55,136 nucleotides of DNA from Dictyostelium purpureum (lineage: Eukaryota). Shown here one piece after another: positions 20,690 through 30,559 of this stretch (positions are counted from its first letter, which is position 1; each line of letters opens with the position of its first letter). The stretch is taken from positions 1 through 55,136 of the forward strand of contig NW_003519547.1 of the NCBI RefSeq assembly GCF_000190715.1, given 5' to 3'. A program made the position numbers and the translations under genes. A model generated the notes under the pieces. That model saw only the letters and a list, made by a program, of their open reading frames with translations, did no database searches and had not been told where the DNA came from.

Positions 20690-21120
20690 GCTTTGTTATA
20701 TTTAACAAATAATTCTGGTTCATCAGCTTCTTGAGCAATTCTAACTAAGAATAAATTAGCATTTCTGGCATATTGGAAGAATGGTGGGTATTCGTGTGAG
20801 ATTTCAACAATACGATCGAAACATTGGAAAGCAAGCTTGTAATCACCTTTATCAAAAGCATTCTTACCACGTTGTGATAAAAGAGCTAACTCTTCAAGGT
20901 ATGATTCTGCTAATTGTTGTTGGTTTCCTTTTCTTTGTTGTTTCTTTTTTGGACGAGTAATTTCATCACCACCTTCAAATCCAAAATCTGATAAATTATA
21001 TCCGTCTTCTAAAACAAAGTTTTTATATTCTTTAACCAAGTTGTTGATATGATAACTTGCATATAAGAAACCAGTTCCAATTAAAATTTTTGATAATTTT
21101 GTCATTTTCGAAAAAAACAA
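20690..21120 (-). CDS. Exon 1 (tentative join) of a membrane-anchored TPR-like protein: N-terminal TM anchor + basic stretch + TPR-like helices (TOM20-like layout)
   Basis: MFFSKMTKLSKILIGTGFLYASYHINNLV...RPKKKQQRKGNQQQLAESYLEELALLSQRGKNAFDKGDYKLAFQCFDRIVEISHEYPPFFQYARNANLFLVRIAQEADEPELFVKYNK. The downstream exon (20506..) has no ATG and opens right after an acceptor, so a splice AAAGC|GTAAAT (donor at 20689) into exon 2 is inferred; the alternative is a stand-alone 144-aa TOM20-like gene ending at TAA 20686. Confidence 0.45.
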
Positions 21121-21806
21121 ATAATTAAATAAAACTTTAATGATTTTATTTAAAAAAAAAAAAAAATAAAAAAAAATAAAAAATTTTGAAAAAAAAGAAA
21201 AAAAAAAAATTTTATTAAAAAAAAAAAAAAACGAAAAAATTAAAAAAAAATAAAAAAAAAAAAATTAAATTTTCATTGATTTTAATTTATTAATTATTTA
21301 TTTTCATATTGAATAATATTATTAAATGATGAAGTTCTTCCCTTTATTCTAAATAGGAAAATATTTAAAAAATCAAATAAATAAACATACTAATTAAAAT
21401 GGTTTATATAGTTTTCCTCCTTTTCATTTTTTTTTTATTTTCATTTTTTTTTATTTTTTATTTTTTAATTTAATTTTTTTTTTTTGTTTTTAATTTTTTA
21501 AACAGTGATTTTAGTAGTCCAAAACAGATTAAATAATAGTTTTTATTTATTTATACCAGTGAATTTTATTAAAATATAAATTAATTTTATTATCTATGAA
21601 TTTCTGTAATATTTTAAATTAATTTATTTATTTATTTTTATTTTTATTTTATTTTTTTTATTTTTATTTTTTTTATTTTTAAAACGAGTTTTTTTTTTTT
21701 TTTTTTTAAATTATAATTTTTTTTTTTTTTAAATTAGCAACAACTAATACTAATTACTTTATAATTGTGTTTAATTATCAAAACATTTATTGTAAATTAT
21801 AATAAT

Positions 21807-21877
21807 ATGGCATCAGTATATACAACAAAAAGAGGTAAAACTAAAAAAGCAAAGTTAGGCATTAGAAAAGATGCAAA
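21807..21877 (+). CDS. MYND-type zinc-finger protein, exon 1 of 4 (MASVYTTKRGKTKKAKLGIRKDAK)
   Basis: ATG at 21807; donor AA|GTATGT at 21878. Confidence 0.65.
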
Positions 21878-21955
21878 GTATGTAAATAGAAAACTCATAA
21901 AACTTAACTTTTAAATATAGTTTATAATGATACTAAATATTTTCATTTATTATAG

Positions 21956-22184
21956 CAATAATGCAGCAAACAAATTAAATTCTAAATTAAAAACAGAAAG
22001 TAAAAAAGTAACAACAGAGCCAAAAGAACTTTTTAAATCACAACAAGAATTACTTTTAAAACAAAATGGTGAATTATTTAACCCAACTCTAGCATTAGCA
22101 GCAAAATGTTCAAATAATAAATGTAAAAGTGGTAAAATCGATAATACAAAAACCAAACTTTTATTATGTTCTGCTTGTGGCACT
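21956..22184 (+). CDS. MYND zinc-finger protein, exon 2
   Basis: Acceptor TTATTATAG at 21955; NNAANKLNSKLKTESKKVTTEPKELFKSQQELLLKQNGELFNPTLALAAKCSNNKCKSGKIDNTKTKLLLCSACGT (first half of zf-MYND); donor ACT|GTATGT at 22185. Confidence 0.7.
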
Positions 22185-22252
22185 GTATGTATTAATTTAT
22201 ATAAACACATTCATTAGGTTTTTACTTATTAACCAATTTTTTAATAACTAAG

Positions 22253-22376
22253 GCATCATATTGTTCTAGAGATTGCCAAGTTGAACATTGGAGCAATGGT
22301 CATAAAGAAAAATGTATTAAAATACGTCAAAAGAAAGAAGAGGAGGCTAAAAAAAATTTTGATTTTTTAAACTCAC
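22253..22376 (+). CDS. MYND zinc-finger protein, exon 3
   Basis: Intron 22185-22252 (68 nt); ASYCSRDCQVEHWSNGHKEKCIKIRQKKEEEAKKNFDFLNS completes C-x2-C-x13-C-x2-C-x4-C-x3-C-x7-H-x3-C; donor C|GTAAGT at 22377. Confidence 0.7.
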
Positions 22377-22446
22377 GTAAGTTATATTTAAATAATAATA
22401 TAATATAATCATAGGTCATTCATTTATAATCTTATTTTTATTTTAG

Positions 22447-22712
22447 AAATTGATGCTTTAAGTAAAGTGGAGATAAAGGAAAAGAAAGTTTTAGATTTTT
22501 CAACATTTGTTAAAGATGAACAACCAGATATTATTAATATTGGGAAAAAATCAGAAGAAGAAACATCAGAAGAAACAGCAACAGATAATAAAACTAATGG
22601 TAATAGTGTAAATTGGGAATTATTTAAAAATGATGATATACCGGAAATTGAAGAGGAATATGATGAAGAAGAAGAAGAGGAAGATGATGAGGATGAAGAG
22701 GATGAAGAATAA
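22447..22712 (+). CDS. MYND zinc-finger protein, exon 4 (acidic E/D tail; total ~229 aa)
   Basis: Intron 22377-22446 (70 nt, ...TTTTAG); (Q)IDALSKVEIKEKKVLDFSTFVKDEQPDIINIGKK...EEEYDEEEEEEDDEDEEDEE*; in frame with track ORF 22467..22712. Confidence 0.65.
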
Positions 22713-22811
22713 TTTAAACAATAAATAAAAAAGTAATAGAGCGTAGTATTAATGTATAAAAATATAATTTTTAAAAGAAACCCAAAAAAAAAAGTTTTTT
22801 TATGTGTTTAT

Positions 22812-25243
22812 TTATTGCATATCTTTTAGTTTGACATCTATATTTTTTAAAAATCTTTTGTTTACTTTTTTTTTGTGAATAATATATATTACAGATACCA
22901 CAGCAATGATTGTAAAAGCAGCACAACCAATAGCAATTCCAGCAATTTTGGTATTTGATAATTTTTGATCATTGTTTGCGCATGTGGAGTTTGATGATAA
23001 AGAGGCAGAGTTACTATCAACCAACACTGAAAAGTCAGGATCTATAATTATATTATTTTCGAACCATGGCATTAATATTCCTATATAGGTTTGAATTTGG
23101 TGTGGATTTGTTATTGTATTCATTTCAGAGTCTATTAAATCATTTTGTAACGATACTGTTGCGGCTCCATCATTAATAATAGCTCTTTTTATGAATCTGC
23201 CATATAACGATTTGTTTTCTATTTGAATTTTTAAATAATTTGAATTATCACCGGATGTGGTTTCGTCAAATTCTTTTAATGAGCAGGTATCTTTAGTTTT
23301 GCTTGAAATAAATGATGCTGACATTATAAGTTGAAGAGAGTTTATACGATTTTCAAATGGATAGTTGGAAATTTCTATGGTATATTTAATTGATGATGGA
23401 TTCATGGTTAGATTTTGATTTGCAAAATTAATATTTGTAATATTTTCAAACCATTTTAATGTTGCCGTAATATGAACTGTTTGTGATGATATTGTCAAGT
23501 TGGTATAGTATTGGTTTGTCGATTGATCTATAGGTTTCAAATACCACTTATCAAAATTATATGTTCCTATTGCACTATTATTAATATTTGATATTTCTCT
23601 AATCGATACTATAGATACCAATGAGTTGTAGAGAACATTATCAACTTCATCGTCATCATTTATTGGAATTTGAACAGTTGGCTCAGTGTTGTTGACTGAT
23701 GGCTTGGGTACAATAATAACCTGGGATGAGCAATCTATACCAACATATGGGGAATTGCACACACAACCTTGATTTTCAACACAATGGCCACGAGATGGGC
23801 CACCACATGGAGGTGTTCCTTGACATTTTTGTGGTTTGTTTGTAGTTGGAGGCATTGGTCCTGTAGACCCGCCATCAATTGGGTAGATTGTAATTATATT
23901 GGTTCTATTTGATTGTGATATGGCAGTAACTCTAAATGGACCAGTAATTTCTATACTTTCATCTCTTTTAATTATTAATACTGTTTCACCAATAATTCTG
24001 CTAGGTTTATATGACTTTACAACATTATTTGAATATTTAATCATAGTGGATATTGTGTTTTTTAGAGATTTGCCATATATTACAATATCTGATGTTGAAT
24101 ATATATAAACTGGTTCATAGCTGATAAGCATTGGGATCATTGAATAGATTACCTTAACTCTTGAATGGTATATAAGCACATCTGCATCATTTGAAAACCC
24201 ACTATAAAAGCCACCATTATTAATGAAACCATGCACAGATACTAATAAGTCATTTGGATAACCAAATCCAAGAGGTACTTCTATGTCACATTGATACGAG
24301 GTCATAGATTCTTTTTTTTCAGTAATTATTGACTCACATTGAAGTAATTGCATATCGGAAGCTGTTAAATATACTTTGGGTTTTTGAGATGGCATTAAGC
24401 CACTTTCAGTATCCTCAGCAGTAAACCAAAATGATATTGTTCTATCAACTCCACCAACATCAATTTCATTCTTTGAATAATTAAACGATAGAAGATCTGG
24501 TGAACGAGTTCCATTATTGATAATTGAACATATTGTCATTGTTTTGTAATCTTCTATTGATTCTTCTAAATTTCTGAAGGGATTTCTTGCTGCAATATAC
24601 TTTGAACCAAATTTTGAATATTGAGAAAATCTTTTACCTGTGTCTTCTAAATAAATAAAATCAATTTCATATTCTTGAACTGTGCAGAGTATATGAACAT
24701 TTATTATTATATCATAGACACCATTAAAAATAGTGCCACTAGTTGCATTTTGAAAGGTGAAATTAAAAGTGAATATTGAAAAATCGTTTAAACCTATTGC
24801 TTTAATATATCCATTGCTAAACCCATTGGTTTCATCGGTAATTGTAATTCTCCATCCAGTTTTTTCGAATGTATTTGCGTTTGTAATTTTTGTGATCATT
24901 GGGCCATCATTATCATAGTTGGTTTTTGCTACCCTGAGTGGTGAATATGCTGCAGATTTAATTGTAGTATAAGGTGTTTTAAATTCGTAATCTATTTCGT
25001 ATGCATCTGTATTCTTTGGTACCATAAAATTACAATAGAAAAGCTGAAGTGAGCTACTCCATTTGACAGGTAAAGGCTGTATAAATCCTTCAAGTTGATC
25101 ATAATAAGATATGGTGTCAAGTAGTTGGAAAGTAATAGGATAGTCCTTTGGGAGATTTGATGAATAAAAGTAAATTGAATTGTTGGAAGGTTGATTTAAA
25201 ATATCGATATCATTCTTTAAAAACCTAACATCTTCTATTATAA
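22812..25243 (-). CDS. Membrane glycoprotein, exon 5 (809 codons; whole protein ~1343 aa): Cys-rich EGF-like module, TM helix, short basic cytoplasmic tail
   Basis: Intron 25244-25310 (67 nt); (F)IIEDVRFLKNDIDILNQ...MVPKNTDAYEIDYEF... then CQGTPPCGGPSRGHCVENQGCVCNSPYVGIDCSS, many N-x-S/T sites, TM IAGIAIGCAAFTIIAVVSVIYII, tail HKKKVNKRFLKNIDVKLKDMQ*. Confidence 0.7.
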
Positions 25244-25310
25244 CTAAAAATGTAAATATAGGAGTTAGAATATTTTTTTTTAAAAAAATTTAATAAATAG
25301 AAATACTTAC

Positions 25311-25628
25311 AATCGACGTATGGAACCTGCTTAGGAGTTATCAATAGTGGTATGTTATTTGGATAAACAATTGCTATTGCGTTTTCAGTCATTTCTATTT
25401 TATTGGAAAAGTAGTCGTAAACACTAAAAAAATTAAATTGAAATATATCTATAATCATTTCAAAGATACCATCCTTTGAATCTCCACTAACCAAGGTCTC
25501 ATAACCAAATCTTTTATACAATAGGAATGTTGAAATTGAGGTTTGGTCCTGGGCACCTACCCTTAATAGATATTTATTTGCTATAATTTGTTCTAGTTCG
25601 AATATATAAATTGTTGGTGGTAAAGTGT
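25311..25628 (-). CDS. Membrane glycoprotein, exon 4
   Basis: Intron 25629-25692 (64 nt); (D)TLPPTIYIFELEQIIANKYLLRVGAQDQTSISTFLLYKRFGYETLVSGDSKDGIFEMIIDIFQFNFFSVYDYFSNKIEMTENAIAIVYPNNIPLLITPKQVPYVD; donor T|GTAAGT at 25310. Confidence 0.65.
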
Positions 25629-25692
25629 CTAAAAAAAGGAACACAATAAGTATTAAATTTTTAAACCAGTATATCTATATAATATTACATAC

Positions 25693-25995
25693 CTGTTGAA
25701 CTCTCTTCATCAAGAGGGGCATTATAATTAATCCCGGTATATACTTGGGAAACACCTAAAGCATTATCAAAAGCAGCATTTGCTAATTTAAAATGGTAAA
25801 AGCTTTTAAAAGTAAACTCTGTAGGTGATCCTTCAACTATACCATAAGGATACTCAGCTTCAAAACTAAGACCGAAATATTGATACTTTATTGGGGAGCT
25901 ATTTAATGGACAGTTTAATTTAACACATCCTATTTTATGGCTAAAGGTATCTTCAACTCTTAAGGTTGATTGTAAAGGAGATTGGGGAGATTTTA
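25693..25995 (-). CDS. Membrane glycoprotein, exon 3
   Basis: Intron 25996-26065 (70 nt); (I)KSPQSPLQSTLRVEDTFSHKIGCVKLNCPLNSSPIKYQYFGLSFEAEYPYGIVEGSPTEFTFK...NYNAPLDEESST; donor G|GTATGT at 25692. Confidence 0.65.
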
Positions 25996-26065
25996 CTGTT
26001 TAATAAAAAAATAGTAAGAATCCTTTTATTTATATAAATATAATACTTTAATTAAAATATCTTAC

Positions 26066-26686
26066 TTTCAAATTCAATAGAATTTTCCAATGTAGCTAAA
26101 TTTGGACCATTGTTGTATTTAATGAAATATTTTTGATCCCCATTACTACCAGTGTAAAAATTGAATGGTGCAATATAAGTATATAGCAAATTTCCATTAC
26201 TATCAACTTGTTGACCTATTTTTTTTATATATTCACCTAGGAAATTTGTTGTGTTATATATCAACATCGAATTGGAGTTGGTTAGGTTAGATGTTAAAAA
26301 TAGACCTGGTGCTGAAAATGGATAGTATATAAAAGGTCCTGCAAGAGAACTGGGAAATGACTTTACTTTTAATAACTGATAAGAGGATGATTGGTAAATT
26401 GGTTTTAATGTAATAGAAAATTGCTTTGACTGAATAGATATATTTATGATTATATTAACATCTATTATTTTTTCAAATTCTTTATTAATTTTTAAATTGT
26501 AAAGCTCTTTATTTAATCTTTCTGTATTAATTACTTCATTTGAGAAAGTAGGTGATGTTGCCAATAGATCTAATGGATACTTTAAATCTTTAATTGAAAC
26601 ATATATATAATAAAAATTTACCGTGTTTTTATCTGGTAAGGGTTTATCGAACAAAGCTTTAATTTGCAACTTTTCTGTATCTATAC
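26066..26686 (-). CDS. Membrane glycoprotein, exon 2
   Basis: Intron 26687-26777 (91 nt); (S)IDTEKLQIKALFDKPLPDKNTVNFYYIYVSIKDLKYPLDLLATSPTF...NGPNLATLENSIEFE; donor A|GTAAGA at 26065. Confidence 0.65.
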
Positions 26687-26777
26687 CTATATGAATGATA
26701 AAATAAAAAAAATGGTTATTATCAAATCCCAAGGCAATATATTTTATAAATGTAATATGGCTATTAAATATAATTAC

Positions 26778-27135
26778 TTTCACATAAAAAGTTAATTGTA
26801 TATTGTGATTCCGACAAAGAGGAGGTATTTGTAATAATTAAATTAAATTTATAAATATTTGATGATACTGGAGTGTTTAAGGTAAAAACTAAAACATTTT
26901 TAGTATTTCGGGTGAATGGAATGTTTGGTTGAATATCTTTAATTTCAAAAGTATTGCTGGGCATCCAATACACAAGATCGTTATTACAAATTGTATTTCC
27001 ATTTTTGGTTCCATAACTTGAATAAACATTTGATGGGTAATCATACAATTTAATGTCCCCATTATTATATATGATTTGGCTATTATTTATTTTAAAAATA
27101 AAAATAAATAATAAAACAAATATTTTTTTTATCAT
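26778..27135 (-). CDS. Large type-I membrane glycoprotein (signal peptide, EGF-like module, single C-terminal TM; possibly Tgr/IPT-TIG-type adhesion protein), exon 1 of 5
   Basis: ATG at 27135-27133; MIKKIFVLLFIFIFKINNSQ looks like a signal peptide; donor GAAA|GTAATT at 26777. Confidence 0.65.
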
Positions 27136-27799
27136 TATTTTCGTTACCCTAAAGATTTTATTATAATGGGTATTTTCAATTCAAATTATTTTAAAAAAAA
27201 AATCAAAAAAAAAAATTAAAAAAAAAAAAAAAGATTTTTTTTCAATTATAAATAAATTCATCCAATTTCCAAAAAAAAATCTAAAAAATATCATGCTAAT
27301 AAAAAAAAAATTATAACAATTATTCTTTCATTAATTTTCCTTAACTGTTTAATAATTATCATAATAAAAAATAAAAACTGTAAAAATATTTTAAATCATT
27401 ATTTGCAATTTATTTGTAAAATTAGATATCGATTTCTAAATGATGGGTTATATTAGATATCTTATTTAGCTTTTAATCATATAGTTTTCATTTCTTTTAT
27501 ATTTCCTCTATACTTTTATTTTTATAAAAAAATAATCAAAGATTGTGTGTGAAATCAAAGAAAATTAAACAAAAAAAGATTTTTACACGAAATTTTTTTT
27601 TTCTTTATTATCTCCCAAAATTTTAATTTAAAAAATTTGAAATTTTTTTTTTTCTATAATTTATTTATTTATTGATATCAACAAAATAATAAATATTTTT
27701 TATTTGATAGATACTATCAATTTTTCTTTTTTTTTTTTATTTTTTTTTTTTTTATTTTTTTGATTAAACAAATTAAATATAGTAAAAATTTTATAAACC

Positions 27800-27876
27800 A
27801 TGTCTTCTATGGCTTTAATTAAAATCCCACCATTCTATTATGCACATATTTTAGATACTAATACAAATATTGCAAG
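27800..27876 (+). CDS. Major vault protein (MVP)-like, truncated paralog, exon 1 of 3
   Basis: ATG at 27800; MSSMALIKIPPFYYAHILDTNTNIA matches the MVP N-terminus (human [27 protein letters not shown]); donor AG|GTAAAT at 27877. Confidence 0.8.
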
Positions 27877-27961
27877 GTAAATATTAATTATTATAGTAAT
27901 TGTAATTATTTTCTTCAAAATTAAATATTAAAATTTTTTTTTTTTTATTAAAATTTATTAG

Positions 27962-28045
27962 AATGGTTAGTGGACCATTAACTTTATTAGTTAAAGAATC
28001 TGAAAAAATTATTGTTAATCCAACAAAAATGCATACCATTCAAAG
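27962..28045 (+). CDS. MVP-like, exon 2
   Basis: Intron 27877-27961 (85 nt); (R)MVSGPLTLLVKESEKIIVNPTKMHTIQ; donor AG|GTATGT at 28046. Confidence 0.75.
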
Positions 28046-28107
28046 TATGTTTTATACTTTAAGCTTTTATAAAAAATCATATTAACTCTTTATAATTTTT
28101 CAGGTAG

Positions 28108-29218
28108 CGAATATTGCATTATAGAATCTCCTGTATTATTAGACGATGAAAAAAAAATAATTATAGATAAACATGGACAGGTTAAATTAAAGCATGGACA
28201 AAGAGAGGTTAGATTCGAACAGAGTGAGCCTTTCCCCCTTTACCCAGGTGAGTTTATGGTTGGTAAAATTTCGCCTCTTCAAGTTGTATTAAATAATGAA
28301 GCATTGGTTATTAAAGCATTAGTGGATTTTATTGATACCGAAACAAATAAACTTATTAGTGCTGGTGATGAATGGTTATTTCAAGGACCTGCAACTTATA
28401 AACCCCGTGTGGAGGAACAGGTAAAAGAATTAAGAAATGCTACCATTGTTAAGGCACATTGTGGTTTGAAATTAGAAGCAATAAATGACTTTACAGACAA
28501 GGTTTACGGAAAGAAAAGAAAAAGTGGTGACGAATGGTTAATGACTGTTGAGGGTCCCTATATATTGGATGCATATGAAAGATTAAAAGAAGTTGTTATG
28601 CCATATGTTTTAAATGACAACAAAGCAATCATTGTTAAGGCAACTAGAAAATTCACCGATGATGATGGTATCGAAAGAAAAAAAGGTGACACTTGGTTAA
28701 TAACAAAAAGTGATACCCCACTATATTTACCACAACCAACTGTAAAAGTAGAAAAAGAAGTTAATATCACATCATTAACAGCACTTCAATATACAATTAT
28801 TGATAACCCATGGGATGAAGAGACTCAATCCAATAAACTTGGTGAAAGAAAAATTGTTAAAGGTCCAAAGAACTTTTTTACATTCCCCGGTGAAAGCTAT
28901 ACCACTGTCCACAATGTTATGGTTTTAGAAGCAGAAGATGCAGTTCATGTTAAAGTTATGGAAAACTTTGAAGAAACCATTGTAGTTCCAGGTGAGAATA
29001 ATAACAATACTATAAAGACTATTCAACGTAAATCAGGTACCAAATATGATGTATTCGGACCTAGAGAATATATACCACCACTAACTGTTGAAGTTATTAA
29101 AAGAAAAAAAGCAATTTTTAAATTGGAAGATTTCAATATCTATATTTTCAATATCTCCTTTGTTTATGTTTTATCAATAATTTTATTTTTTTATTTTTTT
29201 ATTAAATTATTCTTTTAA
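28108..29218 (+). CDS. MVP-like, exon 3. MVP similarity (vault repeat domains) persists to ~29160, then a 20-aa hydrophobic junk tail and TAA; total 423 aa against ~850 aa for full MVP, so the shoulder/cap-helix half is absent.
   Basis: Intron 28046-28107 (62 nt; acceptor GGTAG). (S)EYCIIESPVLLDDEKKIIIDKHGQVKLKHGQREVRFEQSEPFPLYPGEFMVGKISPLQVVLNNEALVIKALVDFIDTETNKLISAGDEWLFQGPATYKPRVEEQVKEL... carries the diagnostic MVP strings PFPLYPGE, PLQVV, GDEWLF.GP.TY.PR and repeated (K/R)xGDEWL(I/M/V)T. Last similar stretch is KRKKAIFKLEDFNIYIFN (human QAIPLDENEGIYVQD); no frame continues the homology. Confidence 0.8.
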
Positions 29219-29899
29219 ATAAAAGTAGTTTAAAAACATTTCTAATAAAAATAATTTTCTTTTTATTTTTTTATTCCCTCCTTTCCTATTCAATGAGAAT
29301 TTGTAATATTAGATTGTTTATGCCTAAAGTAGCTTTCCCCCATTTATATTTTATTCATTCTACTATTTAGATGATAGTAGACTTCGAAAATAATCGAAAA
29401 AGAAAAAAAGATTATTATTACTATTGTTATTATTTATTGAGCTATTTTAAAAACTGTGTTGAAAAAATGTATTTTTTATAAAAAATAATAGTAAAACATA
29501 CATTTTCTTTTGATTTTGGATTTTTTGAGGTTTTAGTTATGAATATGTATTATATTATTTTATGTTGATTATTGTTTTTTGAAAAAAAAAAAATTTCAAC
29601 CTTTTCTTTTGGTTTTGAATTGGTTGAGGTTTTTATATTTATTGTATTTTTATTAATGGTAGTTACGAAAAAAAATTGGAATCATTATGTTTTTTTTAAA
29701 TAAAAATATTATTTATTATTTTTTTTAAAATATTATATTGTTAGTTTATTATTGAAGAGATGTGAATATAAGCATCAATACAGGTATGACTATAGCACCC
29801 TATAACTATCATTATCCATAGTTATTGTAGTTTACCAAGATCAGATATATCAAACTAACTTGATTTATTTTTGATTTAATATATTGAAATAGGTTTGTG

Positions 29900-30103
29900 T
29901 TTAGTTGTATATAGACTTTCTTTTTTTTTTAAAAAGTGAAGATGATTCTTAATGATGCATTAAGTCATCAGTTTGTTTATTGTGTTTGTTTGGTATGTGT
30001 TTAATACTTATATGAGTTTTACCACACTGCATACAAGTTGGGCACAGTTCGTGTGTGATTTAGAAAACCTACTGAGACTGGGTTTCGAAATTCGTTGGAC
30101 CAA

Positions 30104-30136
<33 letters not shown>

Positions 30137-30260
30137 GAAGATAAGTTCGACCAATTGGCTATCATTGCTTCCTCAGAAGATAATTCCGAAAGCATGTTTT
30201 TATGGCCCCATAAAAAAAGTTTCCCAAAAATCACCCGGAAGATTTTTAGAAACTTAAAAT
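29900..30260. mobile_element. Putative remnants of a tRNA-targeted non-LTR retroelement: two direct copies of ATCTTCACTTTT + oligo/poly(A) read on the minus strand (plus: T10-AAAAAGTGAAGAT at ~29921-29943; T25+-AAAAGTGAAGAT at ~30106-30142), ~130-340 bp downstream of the tRNA-Ser gene
   Basis: Direct reading. Poly(A)-terminated duplicated 3'-end-like segments and less AT-biased composition than surrounding intergenic DNA; position relative to a tRNA gene recalls Dictyostelium TRE-type elements. Family not identifiable by eye. Confidence 0.3.
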
Positions 30261-30263
30261 AAT

Positions 30264-30345
30264 CGACAGCTGCAGGGTTCGAACCTGCGCCTCCGAGGAG
30301 ATCTGATTTCAAGTCAGACGCGTTAGACCACTTCGCTAAGCTGTC
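30264..30345 (-). tRNA. tRNA-Ser (anticodon UGA), 82 nt with long variable arm
   Basis: Minus-strand read: GACAGCT-TA-GCGA-AGTGGTCTAA-CGCG-TCTGA-CTTGAAA-TCAGA-TCTCCTCGGAGG(variable arm)-CGCAGG-TTCGAAC-CCTGC-AGCTGTC-G. Anticodon loop CTTGAAA gives TGA; class-II tRNA with Ser-type D-loop. Confidence 0.85.
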
Positions 30346-30521
30346 AAGTTGTTGAAATTTCTTTATTCGGTTCCTTACAAGGTTTTTTTATTCCATAACA
30401 GGATAAAAAACACATTGTTTGGGCTATAAAATTGAAAGGAAGGTGTAAAAAACCTATTAACTGCTAATCTGGAGTTGGTGTTTGAAAATTAATATACGGG
30501 GTACATAAATTTCAACAACTT

Positions 30522-30554
30522 GACAGGTTAGCGAAGTGGTCTAACGCTTCTGAC
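30522..30554 (+). pseudogene. Truncated tRNA-Ser 5' half (positions 1-33, 2 mismatches), inverted relative to the intact copy and preceded by the same 15-bp 5' flank (AAATTTCAACAACTT)
   Basis: gacaggttagcgaagtggtctaacgcttctgac vs intact GACAGCTTAGCGAAGTGGTCTAACGCGTCTGAC; the flank at 30507-30521 is the reverse complement of 30346-30360. Homology stops inside the anticodon stem. Confidence 0.6.
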
Positions 30555-30559
30555 GTAAT

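Noticed and set aside
20686-21120. Calling 20686..21120 a free-standing mitochondrial TOM20 gene
   Set aside because: The layout is TOM20-like, but the downstream exon cannot start translation on its own and splices in phase from this ORF's last codons. I kept it as exon 1 of a larger gene with reduced confidence and noted the alternative.
21950-22210. Minus ORF 21950..22210 and the unspliced plus ORF 21927..22217
   Set aside because: The plus ORF is real only as part of the spliced MYND-finger gene (it runs through intron 2); the minus ORF is antisense.
29973-30312. ORFs 29973..30257 (+) and 30019..30312 (-)
   Set aside because: They overlap the tRNA-Ser gene and a 30-nt poly-T/poly-A tract (FFFFFFFF / KKKKKKKK translations); non-coding.
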